Shown here: positions 38,801 through 51,170 of the stretch, piece after piece
Numbering within the stretch: position 1 is the first letter of the stretch
How the letters are laid out: every line of letters begins with the position of its first letter
Notes under the pieces: model-generated
What the model saw: only the letters and a program-made list of their open reading frames with translations
The model's database searches: none
What the model was told of the DNA's origin: nothing
Translations under genes and position numbers: made by a program
Source: Neoechinorhynchus agilis
Lineage: Eukaryota > Animalia > Acanthocephala
DNA length: 64,000 nucleotides
Direction: 5' to 3'
NCBI GenBank assembly: GCA_051530055.1
Contig: CM121341.1
Location: forward strand, 13,866,784-13,930,783

Positions 38801-40193
38801 GTTTGCTGGAACACATTACTTTGTATCATAGAGAATTGTCGTCGGGGTGAATTTGATTCGAGTTTGGCGATGTTTTTCCCCCGGATTGTTGTTGGTGTTG
38901 ATTATTTATTTTAAAATATTTCGTAAGCATCCTTAGCGATTTCCAATCGACAGGAGAAGGAAAAACACCGTATGGACTTCGGACAAGCATCAATAATACA
39001 GGCTGAGGCTAATTTACGAAGGAGATTGGTAATGGAGGCAATATACATCACAGGGAATGTAAGCATGGAGGGTAACAAAGCGAATCATACGCTAGTACTT
39101 CCGAAAATTCTTCACAAAATAAAACCAAAACGTTAGATCACCGCAGCTTGTACGTCGAACCCGCGCATCCACGCCTATAGTCCAGTTTTGACTTTAGCTT
39201 AATTTGTAGACATAACTGAAGAGGTAAGCAAAAAACTTACGATATATTTTAAAATAAATGATTAACATCAACAACAATCCGAGGGAAAAGCATCGCCAAT
39301 GTCGAAAAATTACTTTGTGTTCGCAAAACTCTTCGTTCGCGGAAAATATATGTTGTTGTGTAGATATCCATTTATGAAGTAATTATGATGGTGAACTGAA
39401 GGAAAAAAATTATGAATATATTAATCAGAATTTTCGACCAATGCGTTGGTCTTCTTCAGTGATTGTCAGGAGAGGAAAATACAAGTAAGCTTTGTCAAAT
39501 GTCTATGGATTTTTTGAATTTATCTTTTCAGACATAAGGAATCGTGAATTTTATTCGTACTATGGAACGTGAAACTAAGCGGATTTCCATCGCTCATGGT
39601 TCATGTTTGATAGATTTTCTCATGAAAATGCTTTGCAGATTTTCTAGAGCTGAAACAGTTCTTTAAGGAAATTAGAGTGCGTCCCATTTAGCATCATTTA
39701 ATAAGGTCAGTTTGTTCCATGGTCATGTTAGGAAAAACTTATCATTTTTGAATTAGTCAAACGGACAAAAATCAGTCTATTAAAAACGGAATGGGGAAAT
39801 TTTGTTCTTAGTTAAAAACGAACGCTATCAAAGTCATTGTATTTGCGTTTCATCAAATTTTTACACCATGCTTGATTTGAATCCGAAGCGATCACTGAGA
39901 AATAGTTTCCGAGCCGTGTTATTCATGCTGTTGAAAACTATATTTAAAAAATCTAATGTTTTCACTTCCAATATCGCTAATAATAAAATCAAAGTTCCCG
40001 CAATATGAATTAATGTCTCTCTAAGGATCAAGATATAGCTTTCTCCGTGACCCTTATACCACCGTAAGGGATTTACTTATCTTGTGCGTTTTGTCAGCGT
40101 CTAGCCATTTTGCAAACACCCACATACAACACTGTATGCACTTGCATAAGACGAGTGGGAAAACAAGACTGTAGCGTTTCACATCTCGAAAGG
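35894..40193. repeat. Head-to-tail tandem duplication, 2 x 2150 bp (35894-38043 and 38044-40193)
   Basis: Identical text and ORF translations at an offset of exactly 2150; no differences seen by eye. Confidence 0.97.
36790..36930 (+). mobile_element. Penelope-like GIY-YIG endonuclease C-terminal remnant (second copy at 38940-39080)
   Basis: HRMDFGQASIIQAEANLRRRLVMEAIYI pattern. Confidence 0.6.
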
Positions 40194-40207
40194 AAAAAAT
40201 ACTACAA

Positions 40208-40525
40208 ATGGATAAACTTCTTAAGACAGGATTGGGAATGATGTCCAGCAAAAAAAGCAATCATAACGGACCACGAGGTGTCCAAGGAATCGCATACAAA
40301 GCCGCGTTCAACTATTTTGATAAAGACAAAAGTGGTTATATTGAATTTTATGAGCTTATGGGAGCTTTAGATCGTCTCGGATTACATTTTGGAGAATCAG
40401 TTGTGAGACAAGTGTTTAATCTAATCGACAGTAACCATAACGGAAAGATTGATTATTCGGAATTTTGTCGCCTTATTACTCTTTTAAAGGGACAGAATCA
40501 AAACGTTAATCGATCTTACTATTGA
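40208..40525 (+). CDS. Two-EF-hand calcium-binding protein
   Basis: Canonical loops DKDKSGYIEFYE and DSNHNGKIDYSE. Confidence 0.9.
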   Translation: MDKLLKTGLGMMSSKKSNHNGPRGVQGIAYKAAFNYFDKDKSGYIEFYELMGALDRLGLHFGESVVRQVFNLIDSNHNGKIDYSEFCRLITLLKGQNQNVNRSYY

Positions 40526-41399
40526 TCACGATTATTTAAGTCATGAACAATGAAATAAACACTGCGTGTTCAATGATTCTTCATGTAGAAGGATTGCGTG
40601 TGATTTTTTAGTTTAGAACAAAAATCTACTACGTTCATTTACCAAAATACATTCTCCAATATATCGCATTAGGCTAACAACTAAATTATCGTTTCGCGTT
40701 TAATCCTTTATATTTTAAAAATAAATTGAAGAGCTCATTAGTTTCCATGATCTTTAAATATTTGTATCCAATAGAAGCAAATATTATATGAATATATTGA
40801 AAATTTCTGGTTATAAACTATTTCGGACTATACTTTTATAAATTAAAATCAAATAACGAACTCTCGATAGTGAAAGGGATAAGCAATTTTTCACAACTCT
40901 GTGATCGATCGATTCGGGACAAACCTAAATCATAGGTTTCGAAATACGACATCGCATTTAATTCTCGATTGGCATATCAGAAAAAAGTTAACGCTTAAAC
41001 AAAATCAACAGAAATGTTTCTCTTTTCATCGTCCTTCGAGCCCTATCGCAAACAAGCACAATATAAGTTGATCATCAATGCACACATGTCGGCTAGGCAT
41101 TATGTTTTGAACAAATCAGTCACAAGTAATTTAACTTCAACTTCCGGTTTTTTTCTGTAACAACAGCCTCATTTCAACCATCCCGAAAAAAAATAAAGTT
41201 ATCACTGAGTCCCTACATCAACATACCATAAATAGGCTCATTCAATTGTGGCCAGCACAAATTTTCGATTCGCTCCCGGACTTCTGTCTTTGGGATAATC
41301 AATTCTTTAAGATCGAAAACTTGAATCGATTTCTACATTAAATTATCTTCCACCACAAACAAAGTAACTGCGATTTCCCTCATTTCCACCGGCGTTTTT

Positions 41400-42179
41400 T
41401 TAATAGATCAACTCGTACGTTCGTCTTTCAAAAATCGAAAATGTCCTTTGCGAAATGCACTTAGTTAAAAATATTCGATTAGTGGCGTCAAACAGATCGA
41501 GTTGATTTGCAATATATAAACGATTCCTATTAACGACGTGATCGGTTTCTATTACGTCGTTGATGGCCGCGTCCGGATTATAAGCCATTTGATAATTTGT
41601 TCCTTGCGGCACTCGCATTCGTGTAAAATTGATTCCTGTGTTAATCGCAGGAAATTGAGGAATTCTTTGAAAATTATCCGGTTGTTGCGAACTCCAGCTT
41701 TCTCCATCGTAATAGTTTTGAAGGTTATGTACCATTCTCGATTGATTGGTTTGGTTTCCTCGATAATTGAGTCGCTGTGGAAAACGTTCATTAACATAGG
41801 ACCTTTCTGTGTAGTATCCTCCAGGATAAACTTCTATACTATTTGGCACCGATTGATTTATCATTCGGAAATATCCTGGTCGATAGACGTACTCATTAGA
41901 GGTCGATAATGAAGTTCCTTGGAAATTGTTATAGGCATTGTTCTCGGGTTGCGCATGAGGTTGAACCGCAATAAAATCGTAAGGGGTCCACGTCTGCGGA
42001 TACCGTTGCAGTTGGAAAGAATGCTGAGAGTAGACATTCGCTTGGTTGTCTTGTACTGGATAGCGACCTCGCGGCGTCGATGGATCTAACGGAACTTTCT
42101 GTTGACTGCTCATTGGTTGAACAAAACTTCCACCGTACGATGGTATAGGCGTTATGTAGTGAGAATGAACAGACGTCAC
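41400..42179 (-). CDS. Q/N/Y/P-rich low-complexity (prion-like) protein
   Basis: 259-codon ORF with strong Q/N/Y/P bias and few charged residues over the first ~200 aa. Confidence 0.65.
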   Translation of the reverse strand: MTSVHSHYITPIPSYGGSFVQPMSSQQKVPLDPSTPRGRYPVQDNQANVYSQHSFQLQRYPQTWTPYDFIAVQPHAQPENNAYNNFQGTSLSTSNEYVYRPGYFRMINQSVPNSIEVYPGGYYTERSYVNERFPQRLNYRGNQTNQSRMVHNLQNYYDGESWSSQQPDNFQRIPQFPAINTGINFTRMRVPQGTNYQMAYNPDAAINDVIETDHVVNRNRLYIANQLDLFDATNRIFLTKCISQRTFSIFERRTYELIY

Positions 42180-42212
42180 GTGTTCATTAATTACATGACG
42201 TATAATTTTAAT

Positions 42213-42452
42213 AAGTATCTATGTGCGGCCTTTTGCACAGTTGATAATTTTCATTGGGCACGCGTTCCCACCGATCTGGTTCAGGGAAGGGCATAAAATC
42301 ACTTAATACCTTGAAACATACGGTTATGAGTTTGTACATTCCTCCGGAACCAGATCAGTGGGGCTGCGTGCCCAAGGAAAATTATCAGCCGTGCAAAAGA
42401 CAGCACATAGATGCTGAATAAAAAAAGTTACCGGCTGGCCAGTCTTCAAAAA
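42213..42452. mobile_element. Hairpin element family A (about 70-bp inverted arms plus 3' tail)
   Basis: Arm tatctatgtgcggccttttgcacagttgataatttt... pairs with ...aaaattatcagccgtgcaaaagacagcacatagat; flanked by tataa(t/c)tttaat direct repeats. Confidence 0.8.
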
Positions 42453-43920
42453 TATAACTTTAATCTTCGCATAATGGCTTGGCAGGAAAAAGAACCGGTT
42501 TTGATCACCGAGAATCTTGGATTAAGACTTTCAATGGCCAGTTGTTTTGAACTTAAAAAGATGCAAAATAATTGCGTTCCGCATAATCCAGAAAAAGAAA
42601 ATTAATTAGTTCAAATCATTAGGCTAATAAATTTTCAACCGACATCGATTCGCAATGTAGGTGATTATTTAATTGGTGGTGAACGTAATTCAAGTTTGTA
42701 CAAAGGATTCCTCACCCGTCGTTAGCGAACTAACCGTGTTTATCGGCAGATTGCTATCATCTAATTAAATGAAATCGAATCCGCAAAGGAGAGTTAGTCG
42801 ATGATAATGCCCGGCGACTTCTGAATTTTAATTAGCGTAGTTTTTGATCATTCTTCAATAATAGAATATTGATTATCTATTCTTCAATAAGGTCTACCTG
42901 CGCAATGCCGGATAAACTGGGTTGTTAAGAGTAAACGGTAATTAATTTCTGAGTCATGGTATCAAAAGTAATAAGTTGAAAATAAGATTATTGCTCAGCA
43001 AATTAAATTTGTGAACAGGATACGAAATCTAATTCTCATGATTCCATAAGTGAAGCCATTGAAACTAATTCAATGGTTTTCTTTGGCGTCGAGTAAGATT
43101 TTCTGTAACATGGTTTTAAATCTTCATTTAGATTTTAAGCACTGATATTGATTGTAGGCGATGTGTATTCGATAATGAACTAAAGAACAAAGCATTAACG
43201 TCAAAGCAAGAACCATGAAGTGTAGTTGTGTTACGTTTCGTTCATATTGACGAAGATTTAAGCACCTCGTTTATAATGTTATGAAGTTAAAGTATTCTTG
43301 AATAGTTTTTATTCGCACAACAATATGTTTTGGTGATTTATTTATCAATGCAAAATAGAAAGATTATCCAAAATGCCGCATGAATTTCTGATTATTACAG
43401 AAAGACGACAATTTCGCATTGTTGTGGTAAAAGATAATAATCGATAAGATAGATGTCCTTAAGTAAAAATGTATAAAGTTGATTATGCCATGGACATTCG
43501 TTGTAAAATCACGTTTCTGAGGAGAACGTTTTGATTAGTCATCGAATAATGGTCAACATGACCGACCAGACTACGAATATCGGTAAACCAATTTGCGCCG
43601 GGAGTGGATGACGGGTCCGTTCGGGTTTGAAAGTTTGTGGTTCTTGTTTGAAGGGGAGTTTGCTAGGTCGACACCTAAAGAAGAATATAAATCATCAGAC
43701 TATTCGTCATTATCTCGATTTTTTACCCTCTTCATGTATTCATCCCATATTCAACTTTGCTCCCTACGACCGAAAACTTGACTTCTGGGCGGAAACGAGC
43801 TCCCGTGCCCACGGCAAATCATGGATGTGATCACCTTATGTCTCCTTTCGCTAAATCACATTGAAATTGGCAAAGGATATGTTTCTATGTCTTGGTCGCA
43901 ATTTGAGCGGTTCAGATTCT

Positions 43921-44152
43921 TACATCCCCTGCTCGACTTTTTGGCATGAAGCCACACCGAATTCTTACATCAGAGAAGTGATCGAACCATTTAGCCTCTT
44001 ATGCATACGGTAATGAGTTTCTACATCTCTCCGGATTCTCAGATACCTCCAGGAGGCGGGATTTATCAGTGAGTTTCCACCCTTCCGTTGTATTACTCTC
44101 TAATGTAAAAGATCGGTGTGGCTTCATGCCAAAAAACCGAGGAAGGGATGTA
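43921..44152. mobile_element. MITE family C, TA-flanked, TIRs of about 50 bp (Tc1/mariner-like)
   Basis: TAcatcccctgctcgactttttggcatgaagccacaccga vs reverse complement of tcggtgtggcttcatgccaaaaaaccgaggaagggatgTA. Confidence 0.85.
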
Positions 44153-44159
44153 ATAATCT

Positions 44160-45330
44160 CAATCAATAGTGCCGGCTTGCCAGTAACGTTTGAGAAATAA
44201 ATGCGGTTGTTGATTTTGAAGAAGATTGCGGGTTCGGTCGGGTGGGAATATTCGGTCATGGAATGTGGTGGGAAATGGTCTTTTAGCTTGTAGGAGAGTT
44301 TGCGAGGTTGGGTATTTCCTCAGGTTCATTAAGGAGCTTAGATATAGGGGGTGCGAGTTGTAGGAGGATGAAATGAATTTGGATCACGAGTGTTGCGCTC
44401 CTGCGAAAAAGGGGAATAAAATGTGGTGAAAATTGTGGTGGCAGTGTTGAGAGAGTTTTGATATGCATTTTGTTAGCGGGGGGAAATCAACTGTGCAAAT
44501 TTAAGACTCTTCTATGAAAGGTTTCAAGACGACGATTTATGTTGCAAATACGGGGTAACCGTAGTTGGGGGATGGTAAGATACAGCAGAAGTTAAATTTG
44601 TAGAGATCGGGCGAAGGGATTCCTAAATGTCGGATGCGTTTGAGGAGATAAATTTTAGAGGTGTTGAGGTTGAGGGAGAGAGTGATGTGCGAGTCTCATT
44701 TCAAATTTGATTGAAATTGGAGACGTGAATTCTTAGGGAGGTGACTCGTAGGATGTCATTTTTTTTTTATTCTCGAAATTACTTTTCTTTACATTCACCA
44801 CCTCCCACCAAATTCCAGCTTTTGTCCTTCCTCGACCGTCGCCATCACGCTGGCAACATTGCCCCGTTGTACTGCCAGCGAGATATTTTGTCGAAGAAAT
44901 AAGCCTGCTCTTGAGTCTCCGGTTGCCTGATGGATGTAGGGTTGCGCGAGAATGAGGGGATCGCTTCGAAGCTTTTTGAGAAGTTCAGATAGAATTTGTG
45001 ATTGGTGCAGAAATCTTTGACGTGGATGATTTCTTTAAATGTTAAGGAGAGGGAGAGGTTGGATGATGATTGAGTGATGAGGGTGAGATCGTCGGCATAT
45101 AAGAAAAGTTTAGGGTCGGAGAGGTTTGAGGTCGTTTAGGAAAATATTAAAAAGAAGTGGTGACAACACAACACCTTGAGGTACTGCTCTGATGAGGGAT
45201 ACTTTAATCGGGGAGATAGCCCGGCAGTGAATGTATTGTTGGCAATCGTGAAGATAAGAGACCAGGCAGTGGATCTGCCTGCCACGCGTTTGGACCGAAA
45301 TCGGAGCAGGCCTGGAGTAGTAGTAAGTTG
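44160..45330 (-). mobile_element. Decayed CR1/L2-like LINE reverse transcriptase and C-terminus
   Basis: AVPQGVVLSPLLFNIFLNDL, KLFLYADDLTLI, IYLLKRIRHLGIPSPDL, RLETFHRRVL with frameshifts. Confidence 0.9.
44757..44975 (-). mobile_element. 5'-truncated CRE-clade element with poly(A) tail, nested in the LINE
   Basis: ATGDSRAGLFLRQNISLAVQRGNVASVMATV followed by aataaaaaaaaaa; the host LINE reading resumes on both sides. Confidence 0.85.
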
Positions 45331-46048
45331 TCTACGCACAAGTGATACTCACAGTATTGAAATTCATGTATGTGATACATTATCTGGCTTAGGTGTTCAG
45401 TTTATATAAGTAAATTTGAAAATAACATCTTGTTAGCTTACCTCAAAATTTAAACATTAAACTTAAACACGTTTTGATTATTTACCTTGTTGTTAATATT
45501 TCATTTCAAAAACAGTAGCAAATTTTCGTCAATAGGCTCTTAATCTATAGTGTTCAGCTATGCTCAGTAAAATCATTCAGTTATTAACAAGCAGTATTTA
45601 GATTTACCATGCTTTCTCCGCAATGTTTATTATCATCGAACTTCGAGGTATGATAGATTTAGCATTTAAATCGATATATGAAACCGAGTATGGTGTTTCT
45701 TTTTACTGCATGCATTGTGCGAAAAGGGAGTAGAATTACACTAAATGGAAGATCTCACAATGCTTGTTGATCCGGAAATATAGTCCATATTGTTGTACGA
45801 AAGAGGAAATAAAGTGGCGATTGCACGGATTATAATTCTGTTAGATTAGTTATGATACGTTATGCTCCATATTATCCTAATCTTAAAATTTCTGAGACAG
45901 TGTTTCGATTTGAAATTATTTTAAGGCCAGTGTCAATTTAAGGTTATATTTTGCCTTGTTATCTTTTCTATATTAGAGAATTCGTGGCTCGTGTCGATTT
46001 CCCCGAAATGAGCAGAATGAAGTGATTGGGAACATATAAAACTAAAAA

Positions 46049-47933
46049 TCAAGGGCTAATCAATTTATTCTCAATACACTCACGTTCATGCAAGTTCCAA
46101 AGAGCAGTAACAAGCTCACACAGTCCGATTTTGCTAGTATTTTTTGACATGATCCTTAAGAGAAAGATCCCATCGGTTTTCAATGCATCATCAATGAACC
46201 TGCTGATGCTACCACGTTTGATGTCCGAACCGTAGTCGGAGATAATAAGATGTGAGTGAATGAATCGTCTTCTACTCCATGGGAAACATATACACCACAG
46301 CCATATGAGAATAGATACGATGGTTAGGACAAGAACAACACTGTACCAGAACCATATAATGATGAAAATCTTTTCGTTGAACATATTCACGGGTAAAACA
46401 CACTGAACTGTATGTTTATGATTATTGTCAGCTAAATTGCGAACAATAAAGTCACATAGCGTGACCCGGGGAAATCTTTTATGGATGTTCCATTCTTCTC
46501 CATCAATAATGTTTTTTAAGAGATCGTAACCAAGTGTGGCGTAGCTCTCACCAATGACAAATTTTAAGCTGTAAATTAGCCCGGAACAAATAACAACATA
46601 TTGCCAAAACACGGGATTACAGTCTGGCTCCAAGCAACGGAAAAAGGTACAATTATTATATAGAAAGCATACTCAAGAGAAGCGATATTAACAGTTTTAA
46701 CTACAAATAAGCAGCATATCAGGTAGTCCAGAGTGCGTCCTAAAAATGGAACCACTTAAATTCCCGATTGCGTCGTATGTTACATTAATCGCCAGGGACT
46801 ACATTTTTTCATAGATTTTCACCTATATCCCTAGAAGTTGGAAAAATCCCACTAAGTTTATTTTGAGACTAAATCCCGTGCGTTGGTTTAAGCGAATTTC
46901 ATGGATAAATAGGCAGTTACTAGTGAAACCGACGTACTTGTGCTCGGCATTATTCGGGCGAAAAGTAGGTTTAACCTCTGTGTCGGGTCTAAAGCCAGGA
47001 AACGTACCCTTTGATTATTCTGATGATGAGCATAGAGTGCATTGTCGATATAGATGGCAGCGTGATCGATTGCTTCAGTCTTGACATCGAAATCAAGCTC
47101 GTCAAAATTGTCGACGGAGCGAGCAATTAAACTTAAATCAAATCCCTTTCTTTGGAGAAAATTGTGCCATGCTACACTTGGCAAGTAAAATAAGAGTGCC
47201 ATACATGGCAAGATGAATGGTACCCATTGATAGTATGGAACAATGTTTCGACTTTGATGACTTAGAGCATATGTGTATGAAATGATTTCGGAACCGGAAA
47301 CAGTGAAGTCGGTATTTAGGAAAAGAACCACATTAGAATATACAGTTCTCCATTAATTATGGAAAAGAATTACTGTGCTCTTGGATAAAATATTCACGAC
47401 TAAACAGTTTTTTGGAATGAAAGCAGTAGGTAATTTTATAGAACTCGTCTCTTAGCCGGTTGTCATTAAACATTTATGATATTTTAGATCTATTATAAAA
47501 ATGCAAAAAGCAGGATTGTAAATGTTTAGCGCATGCCTGATCGCCATTAATCAGCACTAATAAGGGCGGGTAAAAATGCCAAATTTTTTCAATAAAGCGA
47601 ATCCCGGTATTTCAGACACATATACGATAAATGATCCGTGTACCTGGATGCATCTAAGGAAAGTTCATTACCATTATGTCCACAATGTACAAGATTGTAT
47701 GAATTGGAAACCCAGCAGATATAATTCGCATATTCAACATGAGCTCCCGTGAACTGAGCTGGTGTCCAGCATGCGATTGGATCGCCTACATACTGCTTCG
47801 TACTGATTATCACAGTGAACAGCACAAGCAGTAGGACTGTGTACCGTCGACAGATTTTATCGAATTGGTCATCATCACAATTACACTTAAGCTTTTTGAT
47901 TTTTGTAATTGCATCAAGGAAACCAGCGACCAT
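46049..47933 (-). CDS. Innexin (gap-junction protein), interrupted by TIR-bounded inserts
   Basis: DDDQFDKICRRYT, KQYVGDPIACWTPAQFTGAHVEYANYICW, YYQWVPF, RFPRVTLCDF, TVQCVLPVNMFNEKIFIIIWFW. Confidence 0.96.
46599..46890. other. TA-flanked, inverted-repeat-bounded insert in innexin TM3 (290 nt removed)
   Basis: TATTGCCAAAACACGGGATTACAGTCT vs reverse complement of the other end TAAACCAACGCACGGGATTTAGTCT (20/27); excision turns GCT TAA into GCT TAT GTT (LVTAYLSMKFAYVVICSGL). Confidence 0.85.
47270..47624. other. TA-flanked inverted-repeat element at the first innexin ORF break (353 nt)
   Basis: Ends share TATGTGT(C/A)TGAAAT; excision gives TCG TAT GCT in frame, but a canonical CAG|gtacac...taag intron also works. 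Confidence 0.6.
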
Positions 47934-50099
47934 GCTAAATTTAAAAACGGGGGTTGAAGGTCTCGTAGAAGTTGTAAAATCCTAAGATTCGCGGAAGTGA
48001 AACAAAATGGAGACGCGTTTGCAAGGCGTCCACAAGTTGACATCTTTATCGTCGATGCGTAGATTGATTCAAAGACAAGCAACCAATGAAAGTCAACTAC
48101 TGTGGCAGATCGAAAACAAATTGGAATAAGGGCGAATTCGCTTTTTACACAAATATAGAGTGGAAGCCACAATGAACTTTGCGTACTACCGGAGCACATA
48201 CTTGTATTCCCTTCTGAATTATAACATGATATCCCATAAAATCAGCGCGTTGTCTTCTATTACAATGGTGCTTCATGTAGCATCGTGATAGAGTTTAGAG
48301 GAAAAAGGGAAGATGAGTAGGACTCCGTGGGGACTCGAAAAGGAAAATATCACCAAATAGCGGAAAAATGTTCATCCATCAAGTGCTCATGATAAAATTA
48401 ACGGCGACAACCCAGTCCCGTGGGAACAGCCCAGGAAGTAGCGAAAATAATGAACATCGAATTGCGCTGTCATCAGATGCAGTCTCTCAGCCATGGCTTA
48501 TCATGCAATTTCCCTTATTTCTCGGGCCAACGGATTCTCATCATGCATCAAGACAACTGGTGCCACTGAAATATAACGCAGATATAATTCAAGAGCTTCT
48601 CGACTTGAAGAAAGATTGCTTAGCTTCTTTGAATGCAGTGTTGACAACTTCCATTCTTTAGATTGGAGTGTGCTCATCTGTTTACTCGGAAGGACAACGA
48701 TAGGACACGTATTAAGAACGTCAATATACGGACGCTAACTATTACCGAGAATAATTCGGCTATGACCTAAACATTAATCAAATGGCGTAAACTAGAGTAT
48801 CAGATATCAAAAGCTATTGAGCTCCCGCTTAGACAAAATTCCGAAAGATTGTAGTGGATTGTGATCAATCGGATGAAGTTTCTTATTCATTCTCGTTAAG
48901 AAGTAAAATCAAACGGTCATTCGATCCGTAAATTTGCGTTAACATATTTGCGACAAAACTGTCGAGAATTATTAAGCCCGAATGAATGACTAAGGAATCG
49001 ATGCACATTTTGAAATCTAAGCACAAGTTAAGAAGCACAACGGTTAATGTTTACAGATTATCCATAATACCGATTATTATTTGTCTTTGAACCCAAATGT
49101 CAATGGAAGACTTATAGTTCCTTTGTCTCGGCAATAGAGGATGTTTTTAGATTAGTCCCAACTATTCCCAAAATGTCTTTGGTTGCGCGTGCGGAATCTA
49201 TTCAAGAAAACGCAAATGCCTAGGAAACTATTATTTCTGTCAAACCATCTCGGATCGTTTCCTTCTTAATTAAAAATCTCAAGTAAATCAAATAAATCTA
49301 ATTTGCGAGTTTCAAAGGGTTGATACGGACGAACTAGCTGCTAACAACAACCATACGAAATTGTAAAGACAGGTGGCGATTAGTTGGAAATTAAAGATGA
49401 TTTAACATAGTATTGTTTATAAGCGCTAATTACTTCCAAGCCTAATGTTTCAGCTTAAAGAGTTTAACAAAAAATGTATTCACATTTAAAATGGTGAAGT
49501 GGTTCTTAATTCTCAAGAGAAAAATATACCTGTATCGGTAGACTCGAATAAATTTGAGCTTTTTTATACCATATCGAGCGTTCATTTTATAAGACAACAC
49601 CACCGGGAGTTCCTGATTTGTAGATAAATGAAGAATTCTTTACATTTGACGATACGGCATAAGATGAAATTTCCAGGATTTTAAGTGTCATATGAGTGGT
49701 TTCAAGTTCCCGGGTGTTTATAAAGGAGAGAGCAACATCAAGATAAATTAAATTAATATCATACCATCATAGTATTCTATGGCGCAGACGAAGCGGATAT
49801 AAATAGATTTGTCAAATATTTCAAGAAAAGAGTGAAAGACTATTTGAAACATTTCCATTTGTTTTGAAAGTCATAAGGAAGTAAGATTTGTGGAATGTAT
49901 TATAAAGTTCCAATCTCAATTTTTCTTCAACATTTCTGAATCGAAAATCGGAAATTTCATACCATTTGCAAATGTCGAGTGCTAGCTATTGAGTTAGAGA
50001 ATCTTACACACATACCGGATTTGCTGGTTTTCCATTCTTAAACAATTTTGATAAAATTTTGAAAAACCAAGTATCTTGTCCTTTTCAAGCACTCCCTGC

Positions 50100-51170
50100 A
50101 ATGTTTTCCAAGTTTGTGCGAGTGCACAACCAACTCTAACCAAGTGTTTTTGCTCATGCGGTTAATGCGATATTAAGCGGCCGCAGGAGGATTTTGTGGG
50201 AGCTCGTGAAGGCAGCTTCAATGGCGGGAGGAGGAAATATAGTAATTTGCTCAATGCGAATTAGAGGAGAATTTAATTCCATTTTAATTTAACTTACGTG
50301 TGGTATCGGTATAGCATATTCTCAAAAGACGAAAAGTCGTCGTTGTAGTCACACTTTCGGAACACAGATACTCATTTTGGAAATAGTTAAACTCAGATGA
50401 TGCATTTAAATGAAATGAAACAATGGGAAGAACATTGAGTTTGGGAAAATCCCCGTTAGGCACAAAGTGGGCGCAGAAAGCAATAGACACATTGATCATC
50501 TAAAGCAGTGGTGTACCTTCAGGCTTTTGTATTGGTTTGAAAACGACTTCAGATATGAGTTTGATGTGTCTTCATTTCTATGAGATTTCCCTAATTAGGT
50601 TTTGGGAGTGCCGACGCAATAACCATTGTTTATGCATAGGGTTGAGATAATGATCAATCTGTACATCCGGAACAGTTCCATTGTCTTTATTAATTCAATT
50701 TTTCAAAGTCGGAGAGCCCACTATACAGAACCTTTCGTAAAATGAAATTAGTGAATATCTTAAGTGTTATTAAAAAGACGCAAAATACAACAAATGTGAT
50801 AATATAAAAACTGAACTCACCTATCATTTCCAAGCAGAAGTTCATCATTCTTCAAATCACGAAGTTTCCACGGTCGTTGCTCAACATCAAAGTGTTCGAT
50901 TCGTTCAGCCTCGGCTTGACCATAGGTGTTTCTCGACAAAACTGCCAGCTGCTTTGCTCTTAAGTTCGATACACTGCTAAGTCGCCTAATTTCTGCACCC
51001 CTTTGCCTTCTTTTTAAACGATAGTCTGACCCACGAATGTGGATAATAAAAATTTTATTAAAAATATTCCACTGACTTACACCTCATTTTGCGACTGGAA
51101 TTGAACGATGTGGATAGAGAAATGTTTCTGGAACCTTTATTTTGACTATACTACGAAATTCACAGAATCA
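50100..51170 (-). CDS. Probable multi-exon orphan gene (structure unresolved)
   Basis: Open exon YRLKRRQRGAEIRR...LLLGNDR bounded by a cag acceptor and a gtgagt donor; further donor/acceptor-bounded open segments downstream. Confidence 0.45.

Noticed and set aside
46640-46740. TM3-like peptide DYLICCLFVVKTVNIAS inside the innexin insert as an alternative exon
   Set aside because: It cannot be spliced back into the downstream frame without duplicating TM3, and the better TM3 match lies in the flanking exons.
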